Assembly: GCA_963733195.1 (NCBI GenBank)
Contig: CAVTCR010000019.1
Span: 89,553 to 153,552, forward strand
Direction of reading: 5' to 3'
DNA from: an uncultured delta proteobacterium
Lineage (GTDB): Bacteria; Desulfobacterota; Binatia; Bin18
DNA length: 64,000 nt
Shown piece by piece: positions 53,207 through 64,000 of the stretch. A model generated the notes under the pieces. It did not search any database. It was not told where the DNA came from and was given only the letters and a program-made list of their open reading frames with translations. A program made the position numbers and the translations under genes. Position 1 is the stretch's first letter. Each line of letters begins with the position of its first letter.

Positions 53207-56200
53207 ATGGTGGACGTGGGGGATTGGAAAAGATTGTCTGTTCTTGCCTGGAACTATTTGACGAAATCGTTCTTGCGCTTCCACCTGCTCTTCTTGCTGC
53301 TCAGCCTGTTACTTGTACCCGTCTCCGCACCTGCCCACGCCGCCATTACCGCCCTGTTCGAGAGTCCGCTCTCCGGGCCGGTGGCGGGGGTGCAAGTCGT
53401 GCGGGGCTGGGCGTTTGTGACCGAGCCGGGCGACACGATTGCGCGGGTGGAGTTGGTGGTGGATGGCGTGCCGGCGATGACGATCCCCTGTTGTGGGGAG
53501 CGCGCCGATGTGGCCACCGCCTATCCGCAGTATCCCGCCGCCGTCACCCTCCACAGCGGCTGGGGGCTAACCGTAAACTGGAGTTTGCTGCCTCCGGGTC
53601 TCCATACGGTGCAGGTGGAGATCACCACCGCGCAGCGGCAACAGTGGCGGTCCGAGGTGCGGGAGGTGGAGGTCGTGACGGTGGGGGGCTTTGAGTTTCT
53701 GGACCTACTGAGCCTCGCCGACGCCACGGCGCGTTTGGAGGGCGACGAGATTGTCCTGGACAACGTGCGGGTGCGGGATCACGCGAGCGGACAAGAACGG
53801 GAAGTCACCCTCCGCTTACGGTGGGACCCCAACGCCCAGACGCTGTCCCTGAGCGGAGCGGTCACCACCGCCTCATTGACCTCGTTGCGCTCTACGCTCC
53901 GCGGCGTCCTTACTCCTATGTGGCAGTGGCTCGCACGGGCGAGTGGTGCCCGGGAGGTCCAAGCCGCAGCGGGCATTGTCAGCGAGTGGGAGAGTCCGAG
54001 CGCGGATGCGCTGGTGAGCGGCGTGCAGGTGATGCGCGGCTGGATGTTTGCCGAAGAGGTCGGCGTGCCGATTGCCGTCGTGCGAGTGGTGTTGGATGGC
54101 CGCATCGCGACGACGCTGCCGTGTTGTTCGGCCCGGGGAGACGTGGCCGCCGCCTTTCCGGACAATCCCAATGCCTTGGAGAGTGGTGCGGCCTTGGTCG
54201 TCAACTACGGCAACCTCACTGCCGGCCCACACGCCCTCGGTCTGGAGATCGAAGCTGCCAATGGGGCGATGTTGGCGTTCACCCGTGCCATTACCGTCCT
54301 CAAGATCGGGGGGTTCGACTACCTCGATCAATTCGATCTCTCCCAGGCTACGGTTCGTCTGGAGGGAGAAGAGATCGTGCTCACGGACGTGCGTGTGCGG
54401 GAGGAGACGTCGGGCCGTGAGAAGGTGCTGACGCTGCGGTTTCGCTGGGATACGGCCCCGCAAGGGTTTGTGCTGGCGGCCAATGATCCGCCGGTCGCCA
54501 GTGACCAGCGGGTGGAGACGGAGAGCAACGACGCCGTGACAGTCACGCTGCAGGCGCGGGATGCCGATGACGATCCCCTGCGTTTTGAAGTGGTGGACGG
54601 GCCCGCACACGGGCAGCTCACCGGTGAGCCCCCGCTGGTGCGCTACACGCCCGATCCCGGGTTTGTGGGCGAGGATCGCTTCACTTTTCTGGCGCAGGAC
54701 TTCACCTCGGCCTCGAATGTCGCCACGGTGACCCTCACGGTGACGGATGCGTCGACACCCACCCCCACCAATGACCCTCCGCAAGTGGATCTTGATCCCA
54801 CCAACCTCTCGGGGCAGCAGCCGAACTTCACCACGACCTTCACGGAAGACAGCGGATTGCAAGCGATTGTCAGTCCGCTGATGACGGTGAGTGACCCGGA
54901 CAGCGCGACCCTGGCGTCGGCGACCGCAACCCTGACGAACGTGCTCGATACGGGACAGGAAGTCCTGGCCGTCGATCCGGCCACGGTGACGCCCAATACG
55001 CCCATTGTCGCCACCTACGACGCCACAAACGGGGAGCTCCGTCTCACCGGCTCAGCTCCCCTGAGTCAATACCAGGCGGCGCTGCGCACGTTGACCTACA
55101 CCAACGCTTCCCAGAACCCTAATCCCACCGACCGCCTCATCCGGGTCGTCGCCAACGACGGCGCGGCGACCAGCACACCGGTGACCAGCACCGTGAGCAT
55201 CCGGACGGTCAATGACCAACCGACCTTCACGGCCACGAACCCCCCGGCAGTAGGTGAGAACGCGGGGCCGCAGACCCTCACCGGCTGGGCGACGTTTAAT
55301 CCCGGCGCGCCTGAGGAAACTGGGCAAACCGTGCTCGCCTACACCGTCAGCGCCGTGAGCAACCCGGGGCTCTTTACCACGTTGCCGGCGGTGGCGACGG
55401 ATGGGACGCTGACCTACACGCCCGCCGCCAACACCGTCGGGACGTCGACGTTCACCGTCACCGTGCAAGATGATGGCGGCACGGCCAATGGCGGGCAAGA
55501 CACCTCGGCGGCGCAAACGTTTACCATCACGGTCACTGTGGTGGATGATCCACCGGTGGCGGTGAATGACGCGGCGACGGTGGCGGAAGATGATCCAGCC
55601 ACGACGGTCACCGTGCTGGCCAATGATACTGATGTGGATGGTGGGCCGATCAGCATTGCGTTCCGTCACCCAACCGGCCAATGGCACGGTGGTCAACCAA
55701 TGGCGCGGATCTGACCTACACACCTAACCCTGACTACTGCAACACGCCACCGGGGACGACGTTAGACACCTTTACCTACACGCTCACGCCGGGCGGGAGT
55801 ACAGCCACCGTCAGTGTCACGGTGACCTGTGGCAATGATGCGCCGGTGGTGGATTTGGACGGCACGGCCGATGATCCAGGAGGTGACGTTGACTTTGCTG
55901 TGACGTTTACCGAAGGTACCCCGGCGGTGATTGTCGATGCAGCCAACTTGACCGTCACCGATGTCGACAGCCCGAATTTAGACTCAGCCACCGTGACGAT
56001 TACCAATCTGGTAGATGTGGGAGTCGAGACGCTGACGGCGACGGCGACGGGGAGCATCACGGTCAACTATGTTGCGCCGACGTTGACGTTGAGTGGGAGC
56101 GACACACTGGCCAATTACCAGCAAGTGTTGCGCACAGTGACGTATAACAACACGTCGCAGAATCCCAATACCACGGCTCGGACTATCACCTTTGTGGGGA

Positions 56201-59200
56201 ATGATGGAACTGTCGATAGTGCGCTGGCGACGAGCACGGTGACGATCCAAGCGATCAACAGTGCCCCGAGTTTCACCAAGGGGCCGGATCAGACGGTGAA
56301 TGAAGATGCTGGCGCGCAGACGGTCAATGGGTGGGCGACGGCGATTAGTGATGGAGATGGTGGACACGCAGACGCTGACCTTCAATGTGACGGGCAACAC
56401 CAATGCCGCGCTCTTCAGTGCTGGGCCAGCCATCAGTCCAGCGGGAGTGCTGACCTACACGCCGGCAGCGGATGCCAACGGGACGGCGACGATTACCATG
56501 ACGCTCTCAGACGACGGGGGCACGGCGCAATGGCGGAGTCGACACCAGTGCACCGCAGACGTTCACCATCACGGTGAATGCGATCAATGATGCGCCGAGT
56601 TTCACGGCCGGGCCGAACCAGACCGTCCTGGAAGACAGCGGACCGCAGACGGTCAATCCGTGGGCGACGGGGATCAGTGCCGGGACCTGCGGATGAAGCC
56701 AGCCAGACGCTGACGTTTAACATTACCGGCAACACCAATGCCGGCCCTATTCAGTGCCGGCGCCGGCGATCTCTCCCACCGGGGTCCTGACCTACACGCC
56801 GGCGGCCAATGTCAGTGGCAGTGCCACGATTACCATGACGCTCTCAGGACAATGGGGGGACGGCCAATGGCGGATGTCAACACCAGCGGACCACAGACGT
56901 TTACCATCACGGTCACGGTGGTGGATGATCCGCCGGTGGCGGTGGATGATGCGGTCGACGGTGGCGGAGGATGCGTCCGCCACGACGGTCACCGTGCTGG
57001 CCAATGATACCGATGGGGATGGCGGGCCGATCAGCATTGCGTTGGTCACCCAACCGGCCAACGGCGCGGTGGTCAACAATGGCACGGATGTGAGTTACAC
57101 GCCTAACGCCGACTACTGCAACACGCCACCGGGGACGACGTTAGACACCTTTACCTACACACTCACGCCGGGCGGGAGTACAGCCACCGTCAGTGTCACG
57201 GTGACCTGTGGCAACGATGCGCCGGTGGTGGATTTGGACGGCACGGCCGATGATCCAGGAGGTGACGTTGACTTCGCTGTGACGTTTACCGAAGGCACGC
57301 CGGTGGTGATCGTTGATGCCACGAATTTAACCGTGAGCGATATCGACAACCCGAACCTCGTCTCAGCTACAGTGACGATTACCAATCTGCAAGATGCCGG
57401 TATCGAGACACTGGCGGCGACGACCGCGGGGACGAGCATAACGGCAGTCTACACGGCCGCAACTGGAGTGCTGAGTCTCACCGGCACCGATACGCTGGCC
57501 AACTACCAGCAAGTGTTACGCACGGTGATGTATAACAACACCTCGCAGAATCCCAATACGACCGCACGGCTGATCACCTTCGTAGTGAATGACGGGACTG
57601 ATACGAGTGCAACGGCGACGACGACCCTGAGTATTACCTCTGTCAATAATCCACCAACCGTCACTCCAGTCACTTTTACCCTTGACGAAAACAGCACTAA
57701 CGGCACGGTGGTGGGGACGGTGACCGCGACCGATCCCGACCTGCCGGCACAGACGTTGAGTTATGCGATCACGGCAGGGAACCCGGGGAATGCGTTTGCC
57801 ATTAACTCCAGCACTGGGCAGATTACGGTGGCGACCTCTACGGCGCTCGATTTCGAGACTACGCCGACGTTTAACCTTACCGTCCAAGTGACCGACGACG
57901 GCACGCCTGCCCAATCAGGCAGTGCCACCATCACGGTCAACTTGACCAATGCGAATGATCCGCCGGTGGTGATGGCGGCCACCTTCGCTATTCCAGAGAA
58001 CAGCGCCAACGGGACAACGGTCGGGACGCCGGTGACCTTCACCGACACAGATGTAGGCCAGACCCACACTTTTGCCATCAGTGCGGGGAACATCGGTGGG
58101 GCGTTCGCGATCAACGCCAGCGGTCAGATCACGGTCGCCAACAACACGGCGCTCGATTTCGAGACCACGCCGGCATTCAACCTTACCGTACAAGTGACTG
58201 ACAACGGCACCCCTGCCCAATCAGGCAGTGCCACGATCACCGTCAACCTCACTGACGTGAACGAGGCCCCGACGGCCACGGCTCAGAGTATAACGACCGA
58301 CGAGGACATAGCTATAGCGATTACCCTCGCCGGCACGGACCCAGAGAATCAGACCCTAACCTTCGTGGTGGCTACTAGCCCGACCAAGGGGGGGCTGAGC
58401 GGAACACCACCGAATCTGACTTATACGCCAACCGCCAACCTTAACGGCCCAGACAGACTTCACCTTTACGGTCAGTGACGGGACCACCACCTCGGCCCCG
58501 GCGACCGTCAGTATTACTATTAATCCGGTGGATGACCCGCCGGTGGCGGCCGTGGACACGGCCACGGTCACCGAGGATGCGGGGGCCACTGCGATCAGCG
58601 TCTTAGCCAATGACCTGGACATTGACGGCGGACCGATCGGCATCTTTTCGGTCACCCAGCCGGCCAACGGTGCGGTCGTCAATAACGGCACGAATGTCAC
58701 CTACCAGCCTAATGCCGATTACTGCAACAGTTTGTCGGGCACCCCGGATACGTTCAGCTACACCCTCAGCCCGGGTGGGAGTACGGCTGCAGTCAGTGTG
58801 ACCGTCACCTGTGTCAACGACCCGCCGAGCGTGACGCCACCGGCAGCCTATGCCGCCCACGCCCATATCGCCATCAACATCCCCGATGGCGCCACCGATC
58901 TCTTCGAGGGTTCAATCATCACCGATGTCGATGGCCCGGGGGCGGCACCCTTCAGCATCACAGCGGCAGGGCCTTTCGCCTCGACCAACGGCGGCAGTGT
59001 GACGATCGCGGGCAACGGCAAGCTCACCTACAACCCGCCGGTCGGATTCACCGGTGCCAACGACACCTTCCTCTACCAGATCTGCGACAGTGGGGTGCCG
59101 GGTAGTGCGTGTACTGATGCCACAGCCACGGTCACCGTGAGCGGGCCGTTGGTGTGGTTTGTCAATAATGCACTGGGCGCGGCGGGAGATGGCCGACTGT

Positions 59201-61030
59201 CTTCACCGTTCAACACGCTGGCGGCGGCAGACAGTGCGGCCAATGCCACCGGCGACCGCATCTTCGTGTTCACCGGTGCGAGCACCTACACCCTCGGCTT
59301 TGGACTCTTGACCAATCAACGCCTGATTGGGCAGGGCGTGGTCGATACCAACTTCGACACCGCGCTCGGCATCACCCCACCCGCGACCAGCGTGGTCCGG
59401 CCTGGGATCAACGGCACACGCCCGATCATCAACGGCACGATCGCCCTGGCCACCGGCGGCACCACGCGGGGGTTCAATGTCAACAACACTACCACCAACG
59501 GTGTCACGGGCAGTGGGGCGACGGGGCTCACGGTCAATCAGGTGAGCGTGACCACCACCACGGGCGTGGCGGTGAACCTGGCGAACTCCGGGGGCACAGT
59601 GAGTTTCACCTCGGTCTCAGCCAACGGCGCCGCCAACGGCATCGTGCTGCAGAACACCACCGGCGGCTTTATCGTCACGGGCGACGGCAACACGACCCAA
59701 GGTGGCAACAACTCCGGCGGTACGATTCAGAGCACCACCGGCGACGGCATCTCACTGACGAATACCACCAACGTGTCCCTCAACAACATGAATTTCCAGA
59801 ACACAGCCGGACACGGCATCAACGGCACCGGGGTAAACACTTTCAGCTTCACCAACGGCAAAATCAACGGCGCGGGCACGGCATCCGACCACAGCTGCGT
59901 CTCGTTCGACGACCTGAACGCCGCCAACGTCAGCGGGACGTTCACTTTCACCAACAACCAATGCACCCAGACCGAGGCCAACGGCGTCGACATCGAGAAC
60001 TACGGGGCGACACTTTCCGACGTCAACATCTCGAACAACCAGTTCACCGACACGGGCGACGTGGCGACGCCCGGTTCCGCCGTCCTGCTGATCGGTAACT
60101 CGACGGCTTCGACCAGCGGCGTCTTAACAAAGGCGACGCTCGAACAACAATACAATCACGGACTTCCGTGCCGGCGCCGGCTTCGTGCTTCAGGCCAACA
60201 CCGACTCGGCTGCGGGCACGCCCTGTCACCTACGGCACTGCCGGCGACGCCACAACGTCGTCACGTGACCGGCAACCTGATGAACGGCGGCAACGGCGGC
60301 ATCGGCTACCAGCCCGATCGGTTCGTCACCGGCGGGATCAACCGGAGCGGACAGGGCAACTACAACGTCTCCAACAACGGTACGGTGGCCAACCCGATCC
60401 AGAACATCGACTGTATCGCGATCGAACTCCAGGCCGACGGCCCGGTCCAATGTACGACAACTGTCAACAACAATTTCATCAACGCGAACAATGCCGTCGG
60501 CCTGCTCTGGCATCGGCATCGTGGGTCACGGACGACTCCTGGCAGACAGTCGGCGCCGGCACGCTAACGACCACGATCATTGACGGCAACAACGTCAGCC
60601 GGACAGATGGGCCCGGCATCTTCGCTATCGTCCGCGACCTCGGGCTGCACGATGACAGCAAGGGTGACCAACAACACTGTCGCCGCGCCGATCGCCGACG
60701 AACGCCGCCCGCGCCGGCATTCAGGTCGACTCCGGCTCCGCCGCCGGCGATATTACCCTCTGTCTGGACATCAGCGGCAACACCACTGCCGGCAGCACGA
60801 ACACCGGCACCAGCACCACGTCGCCTGGCATCAACCTCCGCAAGCAAGGGACAGCCGTGGGTGTTAATGACTTCGGCATCGAAGGGTTACCGAGCTCGCC
60901 CGCTGGCACGCCAACGGTCGAAAATTACGTCAATTCACAAAACACCAGCACCTCCGGCACCTTTGGAGTGGGAGGTACCGCTTTACTCTCGGGCACGAGT
61001 GGATTTGTGAGTTGCGGATCGGCACCGTAA
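53207..61030 (+). CDS. Giant secreted adhesin-like protein (~2600 aa if indels are corrected): paired Ig-like domains, tandem-95/Big_9 and cadherin repeats, C-terminal beta-helix-like region
   Basis: Signal peptide ..VSAPAHA-A; NDPPVA/DxDGD repeats; cadherin LDFETTP motifs; Asn/Thr/Gly-rich C-terminus ending [11 protein letters not shown]; ORFs 53207, 55681, 56754 and 58528 join through frameshifts. Confidence 0.8.
55517..57295 (+). repeat. Near-identical ~400-bp intragenic direct repeats (55517-55916 and 56897-57295)
   Basis: Shared runs such as gactactgcaacacgccaccggggacgacgttagacacctttacctacac and gatttggacggcacggccgatgatccaggaggtgacgttgact. Confidence 0.9.
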
Positions 61031-61084
61031 CCCGCACGTGGACGAAGCCAAAATGGGTCAACTAATGAGCCGTGAGGAGGAATT

Positions 61085-61597
61085 ATGGCGGAACCATTCT
61101 TGTCAGAAATCAGGATCATGAGTTTCGACTTCGCGCCAAAGGGATGGGCGTTATGCAACGGACAGCTTCTACCTATTAACCAGAATCAAGCATTATTTTC
61201 CCTGCTGGGAACGACCTTCGGTGGTGATGGCCGGGTGAACTTCGCGCTGCCTAACCTGCAAGGTCGCACTCCGGTCCACGTCGGCAGCGGCCACACCTTA
61301 GGTGAGCGCGGCGGCGAACAAGCCCACACACTGAGTATCACCGAACTGCCTGAGCACGTACACGCGGTGAACGCAACAACAATCCAAGCCCAAGCCGCTA
61401 CTAATATCCCAAATTCGTCCCTTGTGCTTGCCCAGTCCAATTTCAGTTTTCTATATGGTTCCCCCTCTACTCTTGAGGCAATGGCGCCGAATGCCATCTC
61501 TCCAGTAGGTGGGTCCCAGGCACACCTCAACATGCAACCGTTTCTGACCCTGGCATTCTGCATCGCGTTGCAGGGGATTTTTCCATCGCCAAACTAA
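61085..61597 (+). CDS. Phage tail-collar domain protein (microcystin-dependent protein/MdpB-like), paralog 1
   Basis: FLSEIRIMSFDFAPKGWALCNGQLL..QNQALFSLLGTTFGGDG..FALPNLQGR; HVH; HLNMQPFL..CIALQGIFP. Confidence 0.92.
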   Translation: MAEPFLSEIRIMSFDFAPKGWALCNGQLLPINQNQALFSLLGTTFGGDGRVNFALPNLQGRTPVHVGSGHTLGERGGEQAHTLSITELPEHVHAVNATTIQAQAATNIPNSSLVLAQSNFSFLYGSPSTLEAMAPNAISPVGGSQAHLNMQPFLTLAFCIALQGIFPSPN

Positions 61598-61672
61598 AAT
61601 CAGTCTGAGGGTCTGAGAGTCTGGGAGTCCGGGAGACTGACGGACTAAGAGGCTCAGAGAAAGAGGGCAAGT

Positions 61673-62184
61673 ATGGCACAAACCGTATGTTGGTGAAATT
61701 CGCATGTTCGCGGGCAACTTCGCGCCGGCGGGGTGGATGTTCTGTGAAGGGTCAATTGCTCCCGATCAGCGAGAACGAGACGCTTTTCCAATTGATTGGC
61801 ACAACGTACGGCGGCGACGGTGAGAGTACGTTCGCGCTGCCCGACCTGCGCGGAAGAATTCCGGTCCATCAAGGGAACGGCCTTATCCTAGCAGAGACCG
61901 GTGGGGCAGAGGAGATCACGCTCACAGTGACCCAAATCCCTGCCCACTCGCATGCTCTGCTCGGAACGGCCAGTATCGCGACGAGCAACTCACCACAGAA
62001 CGCCATGCTAGCGAGCAGTACGGGTGCCACTATTTTTCCATACGGCACTGATCAGCCAACGACGCTTCTCCATCCACTTTCGCTTTCGCCAGTTGGCGGC
62101 AGTCAACCGCACACGAATTTTCAACCGTACTTGTGTGTCAACTTCATTATTTCGTTGTTTGGGATTTTTCCGTCGCCAACGTGA
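61673..62184 (+). CDS. Phage tail-collar domain protein, paralog 2 (two indels near the 5' end)
   Basis: MAQ-PYVGEIRMFAGNFAPAGWMFCE-GQLLPISENETLFQLIGTTYGGDG; HSH; HTNFQPYL. Confidence 0.88.
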
Positions 62185-62361
62185 TGAAGAAGTAGCCAGT
62201 AGTCAGCATTCAGTAGCCAGTAGTGGAAAGAAGGCTATAGACTATAGGCTTAAGGTTGTACGAAGAAGAGAAAACTCTTTCGCTGCTTCATATTCGTTTC
62301 TCTGCAGTGAGGCGGCATCATTCCCGCGAAAGTGGGAATCCAGGAATAAGGAGCAAACACT

Positions 62362-62878
62362 ATGGCAGACCCGTTCGTTGCTGAAATCAGAATTTTCCCA
62401 TTTAACTTTGCCCCGAAGGGTTGGGCGTGGTGCGATGGCCAGTTGATGCCATTGTCGCAGAACACGGCGTTGTTTTCGTTGCTGGGGACAACTTATGGGG
62501 GAAATGGCAAATCCAATTTCGCATTGCCTGACCTCCAAGGCCGCGCGCCGATGCACCCTGGCCAGGGACCAGGCTTAAGCCTTCACGATTTGGGCGAGAC
62601 AGGAGGCAGCGAGACGGTGACGCTACTGGAGTCCGAGATACCTGTCCATACCCATGCCTTTATCGCTTCTGAATCCGATGGGATAGAAAGGACTGCTAAC
62701 GCCCAACTGCTAGCTGGAGGCGTTGGCATCAGCGCTTACCAGACGCCAGGTCGTAACCCAACTCAACTCTAATACCCTCTCTCCAGCCGGTGGCGACCAA
62801 ACGCATAACAAATTGCAACCCTATCTGACTTTCTACTTCTGCATCGCGCTACAGGGGGTCTTTCCGCCGCGAACGTAA
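62362..62878 (+). CDS. Phage tail-collar domain protein, paralog 3 (indel near 62770)
   Basis: MADPFVAEIRIFPFNFAPKGWAWCDGQL; HTH; shifted C-terminus HNKLQPYLTFYFCIALQGVFPPRT. Confidence 0.88.
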
Positions 62879-62900
62879 ATCAGTCTTTCTGTCTGAGGGT

Positions 62901-63098
62901 CTATAGGAATCCTTTTTGATTTGTGGTGGAAGCAGAAGAGCTGAAGTTGGTTCACCCTTCGACTTCGCTCTACTACGCTCAGGGCGAACGGTCTACGCTA
63001 TGCGCACGGTAAGCCCGTTCGTGCTGAGCGTCGCCCGGAGGGCGGAGTCGAAGCATGAACGGCACTCGATATCCACAAATGATTTAGGTTCACTATAG
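62901..63098. mobile_element. MITE-like element with CTATAG termini and an internal REP-like palindrome
   Basis: CTATAGGAATCCTTTTTGATTTGTGG ... CCACAAATGATTTAGGTTCACTATAG; internal TTCGACTTCGC..CGCTCAGGGCGAACGG / CCGTTCGTGCTGAGCG..GGAGTCGAA. Confidence 0.75.
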
Positions 63099-63247
63099 GA
63101 GTTGAGGAGTCAAAAAAGGGATTTAGGATTTGGGCTCTAGGATTTAGGAGGGGAAGAGCCGGGAGAAGTTTCAGGGATTAGCTATCTTCCTACTGGCATG
63201 GGGATTGGTGTAGGGAATACAATCCCAGGTCAATGAGAGGAGCGAGT

Positions 63248-63472
63248 ATGCAAACCGCCACAGAGATGACTCAACCCCAGGTTCACCCCACCCCACCTCG
63301 TGAGGCTGTTCAACGCGTTATTTTGCCTGGTGTCAGTTGGTCCACCTATGAGGCGTTATTGGCTGACATGCAGGACAGTCACGCTGTGCATTTTGCCTAC
63401 GACCAGGGGATGTTGGAAATTATGGCACCATCGTATGAACACGAGTCGGTGAAAGGCCATCTTGCTCTCTTA
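63248..63472 (+). pseudogene. Uma2-family endonuclease, N-terminal part, interrupted by an IS
   Basis: QRVILPGVSWSTYEALL...AYDQGMLEIMAPSYEHE; homology stops near 63475. Confidence 0.8.
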
Positions 63473-64000
63473 GTGACTCACCTTACGCGACGGGAGCGAA
63501 AAAGGTATAGCCTCGCGCATATGAAACAACAACCGATAGCCAATTTGTATTCCGATTACTTGCTGGCCTCGTTTGGGCCGACGACAGCCACGGGGCTGAG
63601 CGAACTGCTGGAAGGGGAAGTCAGCCATGATCAAGTGACCCGGTACTTGGCGGGGACGAAGAAAACCGCGACCGATCTGTGGCAGACCGTCAAGTCCTTT
63701 GTTCGGGAGGTACAATTCCGGAAGGGGTGTTGATCCTGGACGACTCGATCGAGGAGAAGCCGTATACCGACGAGAACGAGAGTCTGTTGGCACTACGATC
63801 ACTCCAAAGACCGGATGCTCAAAGGGATCAATTTCCTGACGGCGCTGTATAGCAGCCCAGGGGTGCGTGTCCCGGTGGGCTTCCACTTGGTGGCCAGACC
63901 AAGACGTATATCGACCCCAAGACACAGAAGGAGAAGCGGCGCAGTCCCGTGCCAAGAATACCGTGTGTCAGGAACTGATCAAACAGGCGAGCAATACGTG
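63473..64000 (+). mobile_element. IS701-family insertion sequence; transposase from 63521, frameshifted, runs off the window
   Basis: LYSDYLLASFGPTTATGLS..VSHDQVTRYL..DLW, then GVLILDDSIEEKPYTDENE..WHYDHSK..KGINFLTALY. Confidence 0.85.

Noticed and set aside
53873-54862. Long antisense ORF (329 aa) and similar shadow ORFs such as 32477-33217 and 55052-55723
   Set aside because: They lie opposite well-supported genes in GC-rich DNA and have no recognisable motifs.
61085-62878. Prophage or tailocin
   Set aside because: Only collar-domain genes are present, with no terminase, capsid, sheath, tube, baseplate, lysis or integrase genes in the window.

Overview
Bacterial genomic window. The gene content resembles deltaproteobacterial or Candidatus Binatia genomes, which is an inference only. 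Many single-base indels fall even in core genes (sucC, rlmN), so this is probably an unpolished long-read assembly. 1-18.8 kb (mostly minus strand) is housekeeping: UDP-sugar genes, pfkB-mtnP-rlmN-ndk, and a contiguous mdh-fumAB-frdABCD-sucCD cluster, with a small attC-bearing insert (BrnT/BrnA, SET protein). 19-34 kb is accessory: integron-type attC cassettes with no integrase in the window, a REP-bracketed peroxiredoxin/TA block, NhaA, and an unusual P450-fusion/DyP peroxidase pair. 34-52 kb holds catabolic genes (amidohydrolases, hydantoinase A/B, pxpABC, LLM oxidoreductases), an orphan MshEN-PilB ATPase and a c-di-GMP-I riboswitch ahead of a secreted repeat protein. 53-63 kb holds the best candidate for an undescribed system: a structured leader RNA, a ~7.8-kb secreted Ig/cadherin/beta-helix adhesin gene and three tandem phage tail-collar paralogs with no other phage genes. 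The window ends in an IS701-disrupted Uma2 gene. Several MITE/REP and heptamer-repeat families are dispersed throughout.
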